64,000 nt of DNA from a virus (IMGVR_UViG_3300032282_001564:1-64000); one strand, 5' to 3'. Counted from the first letter of the stretch, positions 18,621-31,300 are shown. Program-made: numbers and translations. Notes: generated from the letters alone by a model not told the origin.

Positions 18621-19613
18621 ATGCCAATACTACCTAACGCCGCATTACCCGGGAACAACTTAGCAGGTTCCTTTGGAGAAAATCTTAAATCAACTGTGGT
18701 CTCGGGACTATACGGTTCCGTGAACCAAAGTTCAGCTGGTTCACGTATGAACTTAGCACAGCAGTTCGCTGGCGGTAGGAATTCGCAATTACCAATGCCA
18801 AAATTTATATATCCTGACGCCGCACAAGATTGGCGTGTACGTATTAGCTTGGCTCCTTATAGCGATTATTTTTATAACGACAAAAATAATTCTTTATTAA
18901 AACCTTTAATTAATGAATCATCAGGCTCAGGTGGCGGAAGTGACAATGGTTTTATTTCTATGTTTGGCGGATCTGGCAAACGAATTGGTGTAATATTTCC
19001 ATATACACCAACTTTGTCGGTCACGCATACAGCAAACTACGAATCACAAAAACCCATGCACAATAACTATACTAATTATTTTTACAATAACAGTGAAGTT
19101 AGTGCAATTAGTATAGCTGGAGAGTTTACAGTACAAAACGTGCAAGAAGGCCAGTATCTATTAGCAACAATTTATTTTTTACGTGCTTGTTCTAAAATGT
19201 TTTATGGTAGCGGCCCTAACAGCGGACAGCCTCCTCCTATAGTATTCTTAAACGGCTACGGTCAATACTACTTGCCTAATGTACCTTGTGTATTAACTAG
19301 CGTACAACATACTATGCCAGCTGATATGGACTATATGGATGTGCCAGAGCCAGGATTACCTGGATACAATCCGCAAAATCAAAACTACAGAATGAACAGC
19401 ACACGACTACCTACGCAGAGTACTATCACAGTAAATCTACAACCAGTCTACAGTCGCGTTGCACAGAGCCAAGGCTTTGACCTAAACGATTTTGCCAATG
19501 GCGCATTAGTTAATGCCACAGGTGTTGGTAACGCCGGGGTTACTGCAACTAAGTTTGGAGCTAGTAAAGCCGCAAGAAATGTTGGTACACCACCTGTTGG
19601 AGGATTCCTATAA
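18621..19613 (+). CDS. Baseplate / tail tube initiator-like protein
   Basis: FPYTP, G.PPPIVFLNGYG...PNVPCV motifs; first gene of baseplate cluster; TAAATA 5 nt upstream. Confidence 0.6.
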   Translation: MPILPNAALPGNNLAGSFGENLKSTVVSGLYGSVNQSSAGSRMNLAQQFAGGRNSQLPMPKFIYPDAAQDWRVRISLAPYSDYFYNDKNNSLLKPLINESSGSGGGSDNGFISMFGGSGKRIGVIFPYTPTLSVTHTANYESQKPMHNNYTNYFYNNSEVSAISIAGEFTVQNVQEGQYLLATIYFLRACSKMFYGSGPNSGQPPPIVFLNGYGQYYLPNVPCVLTSVQHTMPADMDYMDVPEPGLPGYNPQNQNYRMNSTRLPTQSTITVNLQPVYSRVAQSQGFDLNDFANGALVNATGVGNAGVTATKFGASKAARNVGTPPVGGFL

Positions 19614-19915
19614 TGACAGCAGTATATTCACGTACTAGTCCATATTATGGAACTACAGCATGGGGACAGTTTTTAGATGTATGGACACCTAAATACGTTT
19701 CACCTAGTGTTACAGACATGGTATATCAAATTGATCCACCATACAACTATCGTCCAGATTTGTTAGCACAGGATCTATATCAAAATGTAAACTTTTGGTG
19801 GGTGTTTGCTGTACGCAATCCCGACATCCTTAAAGATCCTCTATACGATTTTGTGGCGCCAACAATAATATACATACCAACAAAAGAGAATTTACTTAGT
19901 TCTCTAGGATTGTAA
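19613..19915 (+). CDS. Baseplate wedge protein, gp53/LysM-like
   Basis: YRPDLLA.DLY....WWVFA.RNP motif. Confidence 0.75.
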   Translation: MTAVYSRTSPYYGTTAWGQFLDVWTPKYVSPSVTDMVYQIDPPYNYRPDLLAQDLYQNVNFWWVFAVRNPDILKDPLYDFVAPTIIYIPTKENLLSSLGL

Positions 19916-19916
19916 T

Positions 19917-22103
19917 ATGGCAGGAGAAACCCCATCACAAACTTCAACGGAAATACGTGAAAGAGCCACAGTAACGTTATCGCCACTGAGCTTGACAGAC
20001 GTAAACACATTACCAGTTGTTAGGCCAGTTGAAATTCCACGCCCTGTTTACCCTACGTCTGACGTTAGGTCGTTGGGAAATCCTACAACAACTACATCAA
20101 CAACAACTACTACAACAACAGTACCTGCCAGCACAGTTAAAAAAATAGCCAAAACAAGTATAGTAGGAAACCCACTACACAAATATGCCAGCTGGACTTA
20201 TAATATTAGCTTCTGGTGGTTGGGGTTAAAAGATTATAATGATATTACGGAATCTAAAGATCCAGCTGCCGCCATATCAATGGCAATGTCTAACAGCTAT
20301 GTTATTGCCGAACAAGGCGGAATGTATAATGGGTATAAACCTGGCGGTGTTGACCCATGGAGACTACCAAGTACCTACGGTTTAGATTATTTGGTTGGCG
20401 ATGTTGAATTTACAACCACCGCTGGACTTAATGGTACCACAAAAAGTAGCAACCTAAACACTGGCTCACTACAAATCATTGAGCCATACGGTATTAGTTT
20501 ACTTGATTGTTTAATTACGGCTAGTAGAAACGCCAATAGCGGTGTATACGAAAATTATGCTGATAGAGTTTATATGCTACAGATAGATTTTCAAGGTTGG
20601 GACGATCAAGGCAAGCCAATGCCAAAATCTGAAAACGACAAATTAAGAAAACGATTCCCTATTAGACTTACTAAAGTCAAACTTGACATGTCTAATAAAG
20701 GCGCTGTATATACTATCAATTTTAGTTCTGCTAGTATGCAGGCCATGGATCAAAACATTATTACAACACCACAGGCATTTAAAATAACAGCTGGAACAGT
20801 TAAAGAGTTTTTTGACGACTTAGCTAAAAAATGGAATGACGTGTTAATAGGACAATTAAGACAAGGTGTACAGTTTGCCGATACTTACGCATTTGAATTT
20901 GATCCTGCAATTGGTAATAGCCCAATTATATCCGACAAGAAAACGTCGTTGTCGGAAATGGCCGACAATAAAGTAACTTTAGATGAAAAGCAAAAAACAT
21001 TTAATATACCGCAAGGATCAAATATTGTACAGATTCTTGACAAAGTAATGGCTCAATCTAAATATCTACAAACTCAACTAACACAGCAAAACGCCGATCA
21101 AACTAATATTATGAACGCATTTAAATTAACATCTCGTGTTACGTTTGTTGGTAGAACAGGACCGTCAACAGAAACATTAACACAACACGATGATGCTATG
21201 CAACGGTATCCAAAAAAATATGTTTATAAAGTAAGTGAGTTTCCGTCATTTAATACCAATAGTCCTAGAACATCTCAGCTATTAGAGGCAACAAACTATA
21301 CCTGCAAAACTTATAATTATTTGTACACGGGCCTTAATACAGATGTACTAGAGTTAAGAATAAATTTTGATATGACCTACTTTACATCAGCTTTAGGTTA
21401 TAACAGCTCATTTGCTGCCACAACGCCCACGGCCACTACGGCACTAGATGAGTTTGCAACTAATACTCCAAGTCTATTATTAACACAAGGTAGAATTTTT
21501 AGTCTTACTGGATTAAGTCAGTTGAGAAACGGAACGCCAATGCGTACTACCATTACTCCGTTTAATCAAGGAGCTACCATTGGTCTAGGCGGTATTAAAA
21601 ATCCAAATGCACAAATAGCATTAGACTATTTAAATTCTATATACACTAATTTATCCGGTGGCGACATGCTTAAACCAACACTTAAAATTGTTGGCGACCC
21701 GACATTGCTCAAACAAGACGATTGGTTATACGTAACAGATCCAAATAAAATATCAGACTACAACAATTGGAATACAATGAGCCAAGCAGAGTACTCGGAC
21801 AAATACGGTCATGTAAGATTTGATGCTGGTGATATAGTAATGAGATTAGTAATAAACTCTCCGCTTGACATAGACACAGATATTACAGCACAAGGCGGAG
21901 TATATCCTCCCCCATACACACAACCAAATATGTTTAATGGTCGTTATAGACTACTAACAGTCAAGAGCGAATTTAAAACAGGTAAGTTTGAACAAATGAT
22001 AACAATGACTAGAATTAACAACGATGGTCCCGTAGCATCATATTCTGACGCTATTCAAAAGTTTCAAACTAACGCCGGCGCCGCAGGTGCAACAAACAGA
22101 TAA
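19917..22103 (+). CDS. Baseplate hub protein (gp27/GpD-like)
   Basis: I.EPYG, LKIVGDP, G.YRLLTVKSEF..GKFEQ motifs; position between gp53-like and gp5-like genes. Confidence 0.55.
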   Translation: MAGETPSQTSTEIRERATVTLSPLSLTDVNTLPVVRPVEIPRPVYPTSDVRSLGNPTTTTSTTTTTTTVPASTVKKIAKTSIVGNPLHKYASWTYNISFWWLGLKDYNDITESKDPAAAISMAMSNSYVIAEQGGMYNGYKPGGVDPWRLPSTYGLDYLVGDVEFTTTAGLNGTTKSSNLNTGSLQIIEPYGISLLDCLITASRNANSGVYENYADRVYMLQIDFQGWDDQGKPMPKSENDKLRKRFPIRLTKVKLDMSNKGAVYTINFSSASMQAMDQNIITTPQAFKITAGTVKEFFDDLAKKWNDVLIGQLRQGVQFADTYAFEFDPAIGNSPIISDKKTSLSEMADNKVTLDEKQKTFNIPQGSNIVQILDKVMAQSKYLQTQLTQQNADQTNIMNAFKLTSRVTFVGRTGPSTETLTQHDDAMQRYPKKYVYKVSEFPSFNTNSPRTSQLLEATNYTCKTYNYLYTGLNTDVLELRINFDMTYFTSALGYNSSFAATTPTATTALDEFATNTPSLLLTQGRIFSLTGLSQLRNGTPMRTTITPFNQGATIGLGGIKNPNAQIALDYLNSIYTNLSGGDMLKPTLKIVGDPTLLKQDDWLYVTDPNKISDYNNWNTMSQAEYSDKYGHVRFDAGDIVMRLVINSPLDIDTDITAQGGVYPPPYTQPNMFNGRYRLLTVKSEFKTGKFEQMITMTRINNDGPVASYSDAIQKFQTNAGAAGATNR

Positions 22104-22129
22104 TTCAATTTAACAAGGAAATTCAATAA

Positions 22130-23602
22130 ATGGGAAATAATGCAGTAAGACGATTTGGATCACACCCCGACGCCAAAGCTACGGGTAAAAATTCAGGACT
22201 TACAGTAGATCCGGGCCCATATGAAGCAGTTGTTCTAGCACACGTTAAAAGTTCTCGTATGGGCGAACTACGAGTTAGTATTGCCGATTTTAATGCCCCT
22301 GGTGTAGACGCAAAAGATGGAATCAGAGTTTCTTATGCAAGTCCTTTTTACGGAGCAACATTTGGTGTAGACACACAGTTAGCACCTAACACCCCAGTTG
22401 CCGCTGGACAGAGCTATGGTATGTGGATGGTACCACCCGACATTGGCAATACTGTGCTAGTTACATTTGCCGCTGGCGACTTAAACAGAGGTTACTGGTT
22501 TGCCTGCGTATACGATAGCCCTAGCCATCATATGGTACCGGGCATAGCAAGAAACATTGGCGGTAAAGATAAAACAATGGTTCCCAGTGATGCTGTTGGT
22601 GCTAGCCTATCAAATAATAGTGTTGTTCCTGTAATTGAATACGATACTGCCGACCCAGACGCCTACAGTCCAGACGCACTTACAAATACCAAGCGTTATC
22701 CGCATGAATATCAGACACAAGTGTTAGCGGTACAGGGACTTGACAGAGATCCTATACGCGGTGCTATTAGCTCTAGTAGTCTAAGAGAATGTCCAAGTAA
22801 TGTATATGGTATTAGTACTCCCGGTGCTAGAGGAACACGAACACAACAAAGCTCAGTTGATCCTGACATTGTTATTTTCCGCAAAGGTGGACACCAGTTT
22901 GTCATGGACGATGGCGCCGAAGATGGAACAGATCAATTAATTCGCCTACGCACAACAGGTGGACATCAAATACTAATGAATGACACAGAACACATACTGT
23001 ACATTGCCAGTGATACCGGCAACCAGTGGTTAGAGTTTAGTAAAAACGGAGCAATAAACGTCTACGGTCGCGGCGGCATTAATATGCGATCGGAAGGCCC
23101 GATGAACTTTCACAGTGATTCAAGTTTAACTATGCAAGGTGCAACTATAAATTTAATATCACAAGGCGGCAAAGGTATAGCAGGTTTAACCAATGGTATT
23201 TCTTTAAAAAGTATGGGTGGCATAGCAATGACAGCAATAACAACATTTGGTATTAGATCAAATGCTACGTTGTCGTTGACTTGTATGGGACTAACTACTT
23301 TAGCTGGTGGCGTAAGTGTAGACATTGGGTCACTTGGTAAAACATCCATTGGCGGAAGTATGTTACTATTAAACACACCACCTGGCCCAGGAAAAGCAAT
23401 ACCATTACCAGCATTGCCTCCAGCATCAGGTACACACCAAGACACAGAATACAATGGGTCGGCCTGGGTAATCAACAGAGGAGCATTAACTAGCTCGTGT
23501 ACAATAGTTCCAGCACACGAACCTTGGGTAGATGATTCAGGTAATAGACCAAAACCAAATACAGCAACATTAGCGGCTAGCATAGTATCGGGCGTATTAT
23601 AA
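22130..23602 (+). CDS. Baseplate hub/spike protein, gp5/VgrG OB-fold-like
   Basis: RMGELRV, GMWMVPPDIGNTVLVTF, GHQFVMDD, RT.GGHQILMND, beta-repeat C-terminus, P.HEPW. Confidence 0.75.
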   Translation: MGNNAVRRFGSHPDAKATGKNSGLTVDPGPYEAVVLAHVKSSRMGELRVSIADFNAPGVDAKDGIRVSYASPFYGATFGVDTQLAPNTPVAAGQSYGMWMVPPDIGNTVLVTFAAGDLNRGYWFACVYDSPSHHMVPGIARNIGGKDKTMVPSDAVGASLSNNSVVPVIEYDTADPDAYSPDALTNTKRYPHEYQTQVLAVQGLDRDPIRGAISSSSLRECPSNVYGISTPGARGTRTQQSSVDPDIVIFRKGGHQFVMDDGAEDGTDQLIRLRTTGGHQILMNDTEHILYIASDTGNQWLEFSKNGAINVYGRGGINMRSEGPMNFHSDSSLTMQGATINLISQGGKGIAGLTNGISLKSMGGIAMTAITTFGIRSNATLSLTCMGLTTLAGGVSVDIGSLGKTSIGGSMLLLNTPPGPGKAIPLPALPPASGTHQDTEYNGSAWVINRGALTSSCTIVPAHEPWVDDSGNRPKPNTATLAASIVSGVL

Positions 23603-24789
23603 TGGAAGATGTAGGAATTAATAATTCTCTAGGACAAGCCATAACAAACCCAGTACCACAAGCGTGGATGGGCAGAGCTGATGCGCCTGCACCTACGCCA
23701 ATGTGGGTTACTATTGGCCCAATGTCTTCTACACAGGTAAGACAGCTACAGGCACAAATTGGATATGATCATAGTGCATGGGATTATCGTAAGATTGGCC
23801 CATTTAACGAATTAGGCAGATATCAAATTAATTCACGCACACTAGAGTACTATGGATTAATCTCCACAGGATCTAATGCCGAATACGGCTACGACTGTGT
23901 AAACTATCAGCATTGCTGGAACCCAATATACATAAAAAATACAACAAATCCTTATTCAAATTATTTTTATAACAACGATAGTTTAAGTTCATTCTTATCG
24001 TCGCCAATTGGACAGGATCATTTGTGCTATCAGATATTAAGCGATCTATATACAGAGTTGTATAAAATTGGTGCAATATTAGATACTGATTCTGCAGACG
24101 TAGTCAGCGGTATGCTGTACGTAGCATGGAACTTGGGTGTAGGGACACCAACTGGAGTATTAGATAATCCTATTGGATCGGGTGCCTATGCGTGGAGATA
24201 CTTTGGACTTGGTAACGGGACTAAAAGTTTTAATAGCGGTCGTTATGCATCTACTCAATTGATGAATTCTTTTAACCCAACATCAACTAATAATGTAAAA
24301 CAATATTTTGTAAAAATAACAGGAACAACTATTACAGGCAATACTATATCTATAGTAACTCCTATAGCCGGACCAGCTACGGTAACTAATATTTCTACAG
24401 CAGTTAGTGCCGCATCTGCACAGCTAACAGATATGGCAACAGCAACAAATTTTTCTCTAGTACAGCAACCCACCGGGACTGATACTACAGAATTAGTAGT
24501 CACTACCATTGATGATCAAAATAATCCCACAATTGATCCTTTAATGTCGGGTATTTCAAGCCCAACAAAACTAATTCAACAAACTACCCCTTTAACTTCT
24601 ACTGTATTATCAACATTCTCTTCGGGAGTAGTTGGAGGAATCGCTAAAAACATTGGTGCTGGTGGATCTGTCACTGTTGGTAGCGTTGCCAGCATAATTG
24701 CTGAACCAAAAACAACAGTACAGGCTGTAGAAAACATGGCAGTAGTATACGGAATACTGGCTAAATTTGCCAGCTCGCAAACACAATAA
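23602..24789 (+). CDS. Baseplate-associated protein, possible lysozyme-like N-terminal domain
   Basis: GRYQI motif; between gp5-like and gp25-like genes; Thr/Ser-rich C-terminus. Confidence 0.4.
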   Translation: MEDVGINNSLGQAITNPVPQAWMGRADAPAPTPMWVTIGPMSSTQVRQLQAQIGYDHSAWDYRKIGPFNELGRYQINSRTLEYYGLISTGSNAEYGYDCVNYQHCWNPIYIKNTTNPYSNYFYNNDSLSSFLSSPIGQDHLCYQILSDLYTELYKIGAILDTDSADVVSGMLYVAWNLGVGTPTGVLDNPIGSGAYAWRYFGLGNGTKSFNSGRYASTQLMNSFNPTSTNNVKQYFVKITGTTITGNTISIVTPIAGPATVTNISTAVSAASAQLTDMATATNFSLVQQPTGTDTTELVVTTIDDQNNPTIDPLMSGISSPTKLIQQTTPLTSTVLSTFSSGVVGGIAKNIGAGGSVTVGSVASIIAEPKTTVQAVENMAVVYGILAKFASSQTQ

Positions 24790-24796
24790 ATACAAT

Positions 24797-25174
24797 ATGG
24801 CTATTATATATCGCGGATTCAGCACCCTGGTTAACCAAAAAAAGTTTAATCTAACAGACTTTGAATTGGCACGACAGGACTTGTTAAACTACTTTGGCAT
24901 TCGCAAAGGCGAAAAGCTAATGCAACCTGACTTTGGCACAATCATTTGGGATATGCTGTTTGAACCATTAACTGAAGATACTCAGCAGACTATTACAGCG
25001 GACATAACACGTATTGTCAGCTATGATCCACGATTATCAGTAGGACAAGTAGAAGTATTACAAAGAGACAACGGTTTCTTAGTGCAACTTACTTTAGCCT
25101 ACGTGCCAACAGATCAAACAGCTACGATTAATTTAAATTTTGATCGAAATAGACAAAAACTCGGCTTTAATTAA
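24797..25174 (+). CDS. gp25: Baseplate wedge subunit, gp25-like
   Basis: RKGEKLMQPDFGTIIWDMLFEP, YDPR; ATG 4 nt after TAAATA box preferred to upstream TTG at 24767. Confidence 0.85.
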   Translation: MAIIYRGFSTLVNQKKFNLTDFELARQDLLNYFGIRKGEKLMQPDFGTIIWDMLFEPLTEDTQQTITADITRIVSYDPRLSVGQVEVLQRDNGFLVQLTLAYVPTDQTATINLNFDRNRQKLGFN

Positions 25175-25221
25175 CTGACCATATAATTAACCTAAATAAA
25201 TATAGAATATAGGTAAAAAAT

Positions 25222-28200
25222 ATGGCACAAACTACTCGTCAAACCAATCTGTTAATTGAACAAGATTGGACTAAGGTTTATCAAGCATTTACTAACGCAG
25301 ACTTCACAAGCTACGACTTTGAGACTCTGCGTAATAGTATGATTGGTTACATCAAGACGTACTATCCTGAAACATTTAACGACTTCTTAGAAAGCTCAGA
25401 ATATCTAGCCTTAATAGATACTATTTGTTTCTTGGGACAAAGCCTAGCATTCCGCACCGACTTAAACGCTCGCGAAAACTTTTTAGACACGGCACAACGC
25501 AAAGACAGTATTTTAAAATTAGCTCGTATGTTGAGCTACAATCCACAGCGTAATACCGGTGCCAGCGGCCTAATCAAAATTGACAGTATCAGTACTACAG
25601 AATCTGTTTACGATAGTAACAGTACAAATTTAGCCAACACAGTTATACATTGGAACGATCTTTCAAATGATAACTGGTTAGAGCAATTCAACACAGTATT
25701 AAATACCGCACTAATTACTAACCAAACAATTGGTAAGCCTGGCAACAGCCAAAAGATCACTGGCATACAAACTGATGAGTATGCTATTTCGTTAAACACA
25801 AACACCATGCCTGTTGCAGGATTTGATGTAAGCGTTAATGGTACTCCTACACATTTTGAAGCGGTGAGTGCAACTACCATTGGACAAAGTTACATCTACG
25901 AAGAAGACCCAACTGTTAGTGGTAAGTTTAATATTTTATATCGCAACGACAACAATGGTAACGGTAGCGTAAACACCGGTTTCTTCTTTTACTTCAAGCA
26001 AGGAACACTACAAGGTACTGCCTTTAACATTCAGAACAGCATACCTAACAACTATATTACTGTAGACACTAAAAATATCAACAACACAGACCATTGGTTA
26101 TATGCATTGAGTGTAAACAATGCACCACAGACAAAATGGAAAGCTGTACCTGCACTTGCTGGTAGCAATGTAATTTACAATCAATTGACTGATAAGAATT
26201 TGTATCAGATTAATACTCTAGACAATGACCGAGTTAATTTAATATTTGGTGACGGATCATTCTCAAATATTCCACAAGGTAATTTTAGATTTTACTATCG
26301 TGTTGGCAATGGTTTAGCTTATACTATTACCCCTGATGACTTTGCACAGGTTATTATTGCATTACCTTACATTGGTAAAAACGGAAACTTAGAAACTCTA
26401 ACATTTACCGCTAGTTTAAAATACACAGTGACCAATGCCGCTGGCAGTCAAACAATGGCCAGCATTAAGGCAAGTGCTCCACAACAGTACTACACACAAA
26501 ATCGTATGATCACCGGGGAAGATTATAATATCTTCCCAATGACTAGCTTTAATAGTATTCAGAAAATTAAAGCAGTTAACCGTACTAGCTCAGGTGTAAG
26601 TTTGTACTTAGACGCTATTGATCCAACTGGCAGTTACTCAACTACAAACATCTTTGGCGATGACGGTAACCTACACGTTACTGGTTCATCTGTCGCAGAT
26701 TATAATACTGACGAGTTTGACTTTTTAACTACTAACGACATTTATGCAACCTTGTACAATGACGTTATTCCTATTGTAAACTCAACAGAAATGCGTAATT
26801 ACTATTACGCCAACTACACACGCTACAACGTGATAGCCGACTCACGTCCGGTAAAGTTTTTACAAACTGACGCATCTACTAGAACTAGTTCTGGGTACTT
26901 GCAAGGTAACATTTCCTATCAAGGTCCAACTGGCTCTACACTATACCACGACATAACACAACAAATTGGCTATGGTATTAACGGTAACTTAAAATATGTT
27001 ACTACAGGATCAACACTACAGTTTGTAGCACCAGAGGGATTCCACTTTAGTCCTGAACACGCTATGTTACCTGGTGGCCCACAGTTACCCGGTGACAGCA
27101 TAAACTTCTGGGCATCGGTACAGTCAGTGGTCAGCAACAACGATCCAAATACACCAAGTCTAGTAACATTTAATACAGTAGTGCCTTCAGGTGCTATATT
27201 AAGTGATTTAGATCTAACTGGCAATCATGCTGTTATTCCTGCTTACAAAAATGACTTTAACAATACACTAATTTCTACTATTGTCGGACAGGTAAAAGCA
27301 AAACTAAACTTTGGTCTACGCTACGATCAAACTAATCAAGTTTGGACAAACATATTACCTAGCGAACTTGGAGCTTCAACAGATTGGTTGTTACGCTTTA
27401 GATACTTCCAAGGTTTATATTATGTAGACTACAGAAGTTTAACCTATAGATTTTCCAGTGCGTCTGGAACTAAGTTCTATTATGATCCAACTAGCACAGT
27501 TTACAGTAGTGCTACCGGTACAAATATTAACGACATTATTAAAGTTTTAAAAATTAATACCCCACCCGAGAATCCACTGGGATTTACTTCTAATGACGTT
27601 GTTTGGCAAATTTACAATAACGTAACAGAAACTGATGGCTATGTTAATAACTCATCTGTATTAGTTAAGTCTCCAGAAACACAAATGGAGTTAGTGCCAG
27701 ACAATCCTGATTTATACAAAACAGTTGTTGGACTAACATCTTCATATCGTCCTGACTTGTACTTTCAATACAAACATAACACACCTAGTCGCAATCGTAT
27801 TGATCCTACTCCTGTTAACTTAATTGACTTATATGTACTAACAGCGGATTATACATCTAGCTATTTTAATTGGCTACGAGATTTAACAGGTACTGTAACA
27901 GAACCAAGTGCCCCAAGTTCATCAAGTTTAGAATTGGCCTATAGTGATTTAAACAATTACAAAACTGTAAGCGACAGTTTAATTTTTAATGCCGCTAAGT
28001 TTAAACCATTGTTTGGTGCAAAAGCTAATCGTGCGTTCCAGGCCAAGTTCCAAATTGTTACAAACCCAAGTATACGTGTAACAGATAACGAAATTAAGAG
28101 TCAAGTAATTACTGCCATTAATGCGTTCTTTGACATAGCAAACTGGGACTTTGGTGATACATTCTATTTTAGTGAATTAGCCGCATACTTACATTCTACA

Positions 28201-28392
28201 TTGGCTCCAAACATTGCCAGCGTATTAATTATACCTGCGGATGCTACACTAGTATTTGGTAACTATTTCCAAATAGATGCAGAACCGTGGGAAATCATCA
28301 CAAGTGCCGCAACAGTAAATGATATTGAAATAGTTTCAGCTATTACTGCGGCAACATTAAATCTCGGTAATCCGTTATTAGGAATTCGTTAA
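25222..28392 (+). CDS. gp6: Baseplate wedge subunit, gp6-like
   Basis: DF.SYDFETLR, NDF.ESSE, RENFLDTA...SILKLA..L.Y, FGDG, QNRMITGEDY. Confidence 0.85.
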   Translation: MAQTTRQTNLLIEQDWTKVYQAFTNADFTSYDFETLRNSMIGYIKTYYPETFNDFLESSEYLALIDTICFLGQSLAFRTDLNARENFLDTAQRKDSILKLARMLSYNPQRNTGASGLIKIDSISTTESVYDSNSTNLANTVIHWNDLSNDNWLEQFNTVLNTALITNQTIGKPGNSQKITGIQTDEYAISLNTNTMPVAGFDVSVNGTPTHFEAVSATTIGQSYIYEEDPTVSGKFNILYRNDNNGNGSVNTGFFFYFKQGTLQGTAFNIQNSIPNNYITVDTKNINNTDHWLYALSVNNAPQTKWKAVPALAGSNVIYNQLTDKNLYQINTLDNDRVNLIFGDGSFSNIPQGNFRFYYRVGNGLAYTITPDDFAQVIIALPYIGKNGNLETLTFTASLKYTVTNAAGSQTMASIKASAPQQYYTQNRMITGEDYNIFPMTSFNSIQKIKAVNRTSSGVSLYLDAIDPTGSYSTTNIFGDDGNLHVTGSSVADYNTDEFDFLTTNDIYATLYNDVIPIVNSTEMRNYYYANYTRYNVIADSRPVKFLQTDASTRTSSGYLQGNISYQGPTGSTLYHDITQQIGYGINGNLKYVTTGSTLQFVAPEGFHFSPEHAMLPGGPQLPGDSINFWASVQSVVSNNDPNTPSLVTFNTVVPSGAILSDLDLTGNHAVIPAYKNDFNNTLISTIVGQVKAKLNFGLRYDQTNQVWTNILPSELGASTDWLLRFRYFQGLYYVDYRSLTYRFSSASGTKFYYDPTSTVYSSATGTNINDIIKVLKINTPPENPLGFTSNDVVWQIYNNVTETDGYVNNSSVLVKSPETQMELVPDNPDLYKTVVGLTSSYRPDLYFQYKHNTPSRNRIDPTPVNLIDLYVLTADYTSSYFNWLRDLTGTVTEPSAPSSSSLELAYSDLNNYKTVSDSLIFNAAKFKPLFGAKANRAFQAKFQIVTNPSIRVTDNEIKSQVITAINAFFDIANWDFGDTFYFSELAAYLHSTLAPNIASVLIIPADATLVFGNYFQIDAEPWEIITSAATVNDIEIVSAITAATLNLGNPLLGIR

Positions 28393-31300
28393 TGGCAAAA
28401 GTAAGATCGATTAATTTTTTACCACAGGTATTTAGATCTGACGCTAACCAAAGGTTCTTTAGTTCTACGGTTGACCAATTAGTCACAGACAGTACTAACC
28501 GTGTCATTGATGGATACATAGGTCGTAAGTTTAGCCCAACATATAAACTTGGCGATAACTATACACCTGAATCAACAACAAGTCGTAAAGCATATCAACT
28601 TGAACCTGGCGTAGTTATTAAGGATGATGATAAAAATATTATCTTTAGTTCTGGCTATGCTGATCTTTTGACTACACTAAACACTAATAGAAGTAGTACA
28701 AAAAATCATCAACGACTATTTGCCGCTGACTACTATAACTACGATGGTCGTTTTGACTACGATAAGTTTATTAACTATACCAATTACTATTGGTTACCTG
28801 ATGGTCCCGAGTCAGTTGAAGTAACAGCAGGCTCTGTACCGTTCCAGAGAACATTTGTTGTAACAAAGAATACCGCAGTAGGCGGATATACTTTTAGCGA
28901 CCTAGACGGTCATCCAAATACACAAATTACTCTTGCACGTGGAGGTACTTACCAATTCATAGTTGATCAGCCGGGATCAAAATTCTGGATACAAAGTCAA
29001 CTTGGCTTGTCTGGCCGTGACCCAAATACACCAACAGTTAATACACGTGAAGTATATGGTGTTCAAAACAACGGATCTGACAGCGGAGTCGTTTTATTTT
29101 CTGTTCCGCAGAAAAACGCACAAGATTTTTATACACAAATGTCACGCGATGGTATTGTAGATATAGCAACTACAATTCCTTATACAAAAATACAAAACCG
29201 TTTGTTCAGCGATTTTATTCGCGAATATCCCGAGGGTATTGATGGCATTACTAGTTTATTAAATCGTAAGACTATTGTTTTTGTTGGTAACCAAGTAGAC
29301 AGCAGTGAGTGGACAACACCTGTATTCCCATCCGATGATGTAACTAATACAAGTCCAGTTACCGACCATGAAATAATTAATAACCCAACACGCACTGGTA
29401 TTTGGCAAATCAATTTAACAGCATTACCTAACGGTGATTCAGTAATACAAGTTAATCCATATGGCCCTGTATATCAACAGCATAGAATATATGTTCGTTC
29501 TGGCGAGACATACGGCTCAGTACACGTTTGGTTAAACAATCTATACAGATATAATGTAATTCCGGTTATTACAGCCGACGCAGACTATTTGTACTACCAA
29601 GATGGCGCCACAGGCAACTTCTGCGGAGAGATTAAATTAATTGATAATGCCAGCGAGCCAATTAATATTGATAGAGATATCATTGGCAAAAAAGGTTACA
29701 CAAGCCCTAACGGCGTTATCTTTACCAATGGTTTAAAAATTCAATTTGATAGTAATGTATCACCAGACACATACTACGGTGCGAAGTTTACAGATTTTCA
29801 AACTTGGTCTAAGGATGTTATAGCTCTTGGCGGAGTTGTGACCGGAGGCATTGCACGATTAAATGGAAAAATTATCGGCGATTGGAGTAACAACCAAGGC
29901 TGGATATACAACAACGAATATTATGTTGAAGGTGTTGGGCAAGCAATTAAATTAGTATCAACACGATTCTTGCAAGTTCCGTTACACCTAAGTGCCGATA
30001 TACAAACTGCCGGCGATTATATAACTATCAACCGAGCTAGCCAAGACAGCAACACATGGAGCTCTACAAATCGTTGGTTCCATAAAGATGTATTAGCCGC
30101 AACAGCAAAATACAATAGCCAGTCTGAAATTGACTATGGCCCTAATTTATCAGCTCGTCGTCCAATTATTGAATTTGAACCTAATCTACAACTTTGGAAC
30201 TTTGGCCGCAAAGCTAAAACAAAAGTTGAGTTATTCATTGATACAGCAACAGACGCATTTGTTGATATTGAAGGCAAGATGTCGTATACCCTTGATGGTA
30301 TATTACTAAAGCCCGGTATGCGAATTATATTTTCAAGAGACTACGACCAAAATGTAAAAAACAACATTTGGGAAGTACAAATTGAAACTATTAATTCTTC
30401 AAACTTTATTCGTTTAATACAAACAGCCGATGATCCTGTACTTGATGGCGAAAACATTTTTGTTAAATTGGGATCTAATGCCGATAAGATTTACAGATTC
30501 AACGGCACAGCTAATAGCTGGAATGAGTGTCAATACAAGAGTTCGTTTAATCAAGAACCTATGTTTGACCTAGTTGACGCCGATGGATATAGCTTTGGCG
30601 ATACAACAATTTACCCAGGCACTACATTTGCTGGCACTAGATTCTTTGGTTATGCACATGGTAGCGGAAACAATGACGTTGTACTTGGGTTTCCATTAAA
30701 GTATCAAAACTTTAATAACATTGGCGATATTGTTTTTGACAACTACTACGATACACAAACATTTAACTATACCGGTAGCACAGTTGAGTGCAGTTCTGGT
30801 TATCTATATAAAGATGTTGGATTAGCTACAGAAGCTAAAGTTAATAACTGGGTAAGCGGTGTAGAACCAACTTTACAGTATCAACTATTAACAACATTCT
30901 ACGAAGGTCGTGTAATTACAGACGCAACATCAACTGAATTTGCCTATGTACAAATAGATACATTACCTAATAAATCAGCAACAGTTTCTTATTTTAAAGT
31001 ATATCTAAACAACACATTATTAACCAACGGCGTTGATTATGATGTTACTAAGTACGGTGTTTATAACATTATATTGTTTACCAATGATGAAAATAAAAAT
31101 ATAAAATTATCAGTTGGTGATAAAATTGATGTGGCTATCTACAGCGACACACCAAGTACTAACACAGAGAGTTATTACGAAATACCTAATAACCTTGAAT
31201 ATAATCCATTAAATGAAACATTCAAGACAATAACACTAGGGCAGTTGCGTACACACTACAACACATTGATTGAAAATACAGCTCAATCTGTTGCTAGTTC